Positions 61,611 to 64,000 of a stretch of 64,000 nucleotides of DNA are shown in pieces. The notes beneath the pieces were generated by a model. It had not been told where the DNA came from. It saw nothing but the letters and a program-made list of their open reading frames with translations, and did not search any database. Location: positions 14,034,567 to 14,098,566 of the forward strand of contig CM120644.1 in the NCBI GenBank assembly GCA_051362555.1, written 5' to 3'. The translations under genes were made by a program, and so were the position numbers. The stretch comes from Lingula anatina (taxonomy: Eukaryota > Animalia > Brachiopoda). The first letter of the stretch is position 1. The number at the start of each line of letters is the position of its first letter.

Positions 61611-64000
61611 ACAGAAGCTGCACGGTCCTCTGTGCTACATCTTTCGAAAGCAGTGGATTATAGTGACTGTACTTGCTTTTACTAATTGATTTATAAAGAA
61701 ATACGTAAAGTAAGCAATTTGGAAGACAGTTTTGTGAATACCATGTTCATACTTCAGATCTGCAATTTTTTAACAAGGATGGTAACTTTTGTCCTCCATT
61801 TCAAATGTACCACCCTGTATTGGTGCAAAATCTCTGTTATATTTAATCACCCAAGATGATTATTGTCTAAGAAAATACATGTAGACAAGATGCAAGTTAG
61901 TAACACGTATTACCACACCAGATATTTCTTGTTTTCAGTTTAAAGAATGATAAACAAGTTCCAAAAAGCAAGTCAAGATCCACTGAGCAAAAACTGTGTT
62001 TTTGTGAATAGCAATGGATAATTCATATGAAAAATGTTGTTAGAAATTTTTAAGTTTAAAATTTTTGAGTCAGCGCCATACTTCCATGGTGGCTGCAGTT
62101 CCAAGATTAGTAGAATTCTCAAATGAATTTGTCTTAAAGATTATTGGGTAAGTGGAATTATTAAGCTATCATATTAAGATGACTGCATGGTTAAGTGCAA
62201 CATGAGCTCGGAGATCTGGGAAGCAATATTTTAATTTGAGTGGGATTAAGAGACTTCCCATTCAGAGAAATACATCTGCACTTTAAAAGTACAGGTTGGG
62301 CACGAAGATTGGCCTCGTCAAACTGTTCATATTTCCCCAAAAGTCATACTTTTATATTTCCTATTTTATTTTTTATTAAATATTGTGTATGTGTGTGGGT
62401 TAAATAACTTTTTAGCCTTGCTACAGAAATAATTGACATTTAACCAAACCAATTTTGTTTTGCTTTTCTGCATCTTGTTCAAAATTGTCATTACACATGA
62501 ACCTTATGATAATCTAAAGATTTCAGTAATTGCTGATCAGTATAATTATATTTTCTTCAGGCTAAGATGTTGTCATTGGTATTTGGATATCCTCCACTAA
62601 ATTTTGACTAAAAAGGGTTGGAAAAAACGTACTGGTATAAATAACCCACTGTGTCAAGTAAAAAGTCTGTCCATCTTGTATTTGGTATTTTTTCATGAGA
62701 TGAGCCTTGTTCTTGTGGTTATACAATTGCTATTGGTATTGGCATATGAGATGACTGCGTGCTATCTGTTTACACATTGGACTTGACAGGGATTTCAAAA
62801 CTTTTCAAAAGACCTTCATTGTACTTATTATATTCATTATCGTATTGATTTTGTGAACACAAATTACAAAACAACACAACCATAATAATAAAGTATTCAC
62901 CATGGAAACAGAATGACATAATAAGCAGAAATCCATTCCCCAAAAATTAAATTATTTGAAGTAATAAATCTAAAATTTCAAATATGACATAAGTTTAATA
63001 CCATAGTCATTTTTTTTCCAAGTTTCCATTTTTTTAAATCACAGAAGTGAACCCTTGGACGACTCCCCTTTAGAAAGTTTTTTTTTGTTTTCCTTTTTTT
63101 AGATGCCAAAATTAAAATAATATTACATATTATAATAAAAAAAAAGACTTTCACATTTGTAAGTGCATGCAATCCACATTATTTTATTTATTAAGCATTG
63201 TTGCTTTACAAGATAATTCACAAATTTCTGTTGCTTTTGTTAAATGGCAATTTATTACAGAAAATGAAGTTCTAGTCCAAGTCAGAAAGCCGTTTCCAAG
63301 CTCAAACCTTTGCCCCATTTTTCATTATGCCATGACATCTCCTTTTTCATTTCCAAATTCTTTGACATTTCCTAGATAGCCTTAGAATTGGTTTTGGACT
63401 CCAGAAGCAGACAAAATCCTAATTTGTGTTTTGAATACAAATCGAGTAATTCCCAATGCGGTGTACATAACACTACGGTACATGCTTTTAGCTTCTGCGA
63501 TGCCTTCTTGAATTGATTGCAAAAACCAATGAACAAGGAACTAACTACAGGCAGGGTTCACATTTGACAGATTTAGGCCCTAATTCTCACATTGAGGGGT
63601 ACTGGTATATTTAACTGAACTGTGTATTCCCCTTTGACTGGCCTTGGGGAGTTTATGATCTTTCACAAGTTTTCCAAAAATTCATTATACCAAAAAGTCA
63701 TTGGCTTATGGCAAGAGATGACTCATAAGTACAACATTTATTGTTTTACCAAGCTTTATCACTAATATAAGGTATTGTCAAATACAAAGATGGCCACAGT
63801 GGTTTTGGCAATGGAGTCATATGCATTCCCATTCATGATTGGAAATAATCAAATGAATAAAACTTAAATGTTACCAAATTGAATTCCACAAACCGGTTCT
63901 AAACTGATTGGCACCTCATCATAATGCACTGAAAATGGTGTGAATTAACCCAGCAGACATGCATGTATCTTGTATATTATTTCAGATGTTACATTTGTAT

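Noticed and set aside
62561-62578. Possible 18-nt in-frame micro-exon (AKMLSL)
   Set aside because: The donor (GTATTT) is weak and the segment is too short to distinguish from chance.

Overview
This is AT-rich, intron-containing animal genomic DNA, not prokaryotic. The repeat landscape looks invertebrate and mollusc-like, but the species cannot be determined. Almost all supplied ORFs are spurious; the real genes had to be assembled from GT-AG exons. Supported genes: (1) two tandem minus-strand carbonyl reductase (CBR1-like SDR) paralogues with identical 8-exon structure, CBR-A 9357-14333 (276 aa) and CBR-B 16103-23065 (275 aa); (2) a divergently oriented 12-coding-exon concentrative nucleoside transporter (SLC28/CNT3-like, 29551-36352, 639 aa); (3) the probable 5' part of an unidentified gene with a coiled-coil N-terminus and a ~17.6-kb intron (exons 42141-42221 and 59864-59926). 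The rest holds many non-autonomous transposons: Helentron-type HINEs, 5-bp-TSD hAT-like MITEs, TTAA/Kolobok-like MITEs, Harbinger-like foldbacks, CCC-ended CMC/EnSpm-like MITEs and a 5'-truncated RTE-like LINE with TSD. It also holds a 35-bp minisatellite and microsatellites. I found no convincing evidence of a wholly new biological system. The best leads are active-site and CpG divergence of the CBR pair, a hybrid selectivity signature in the CNT, two duplicated splice donors, a modular foldback-MITE group, and the unidentified giant-intron gene. All alignments and counts were made by eye.
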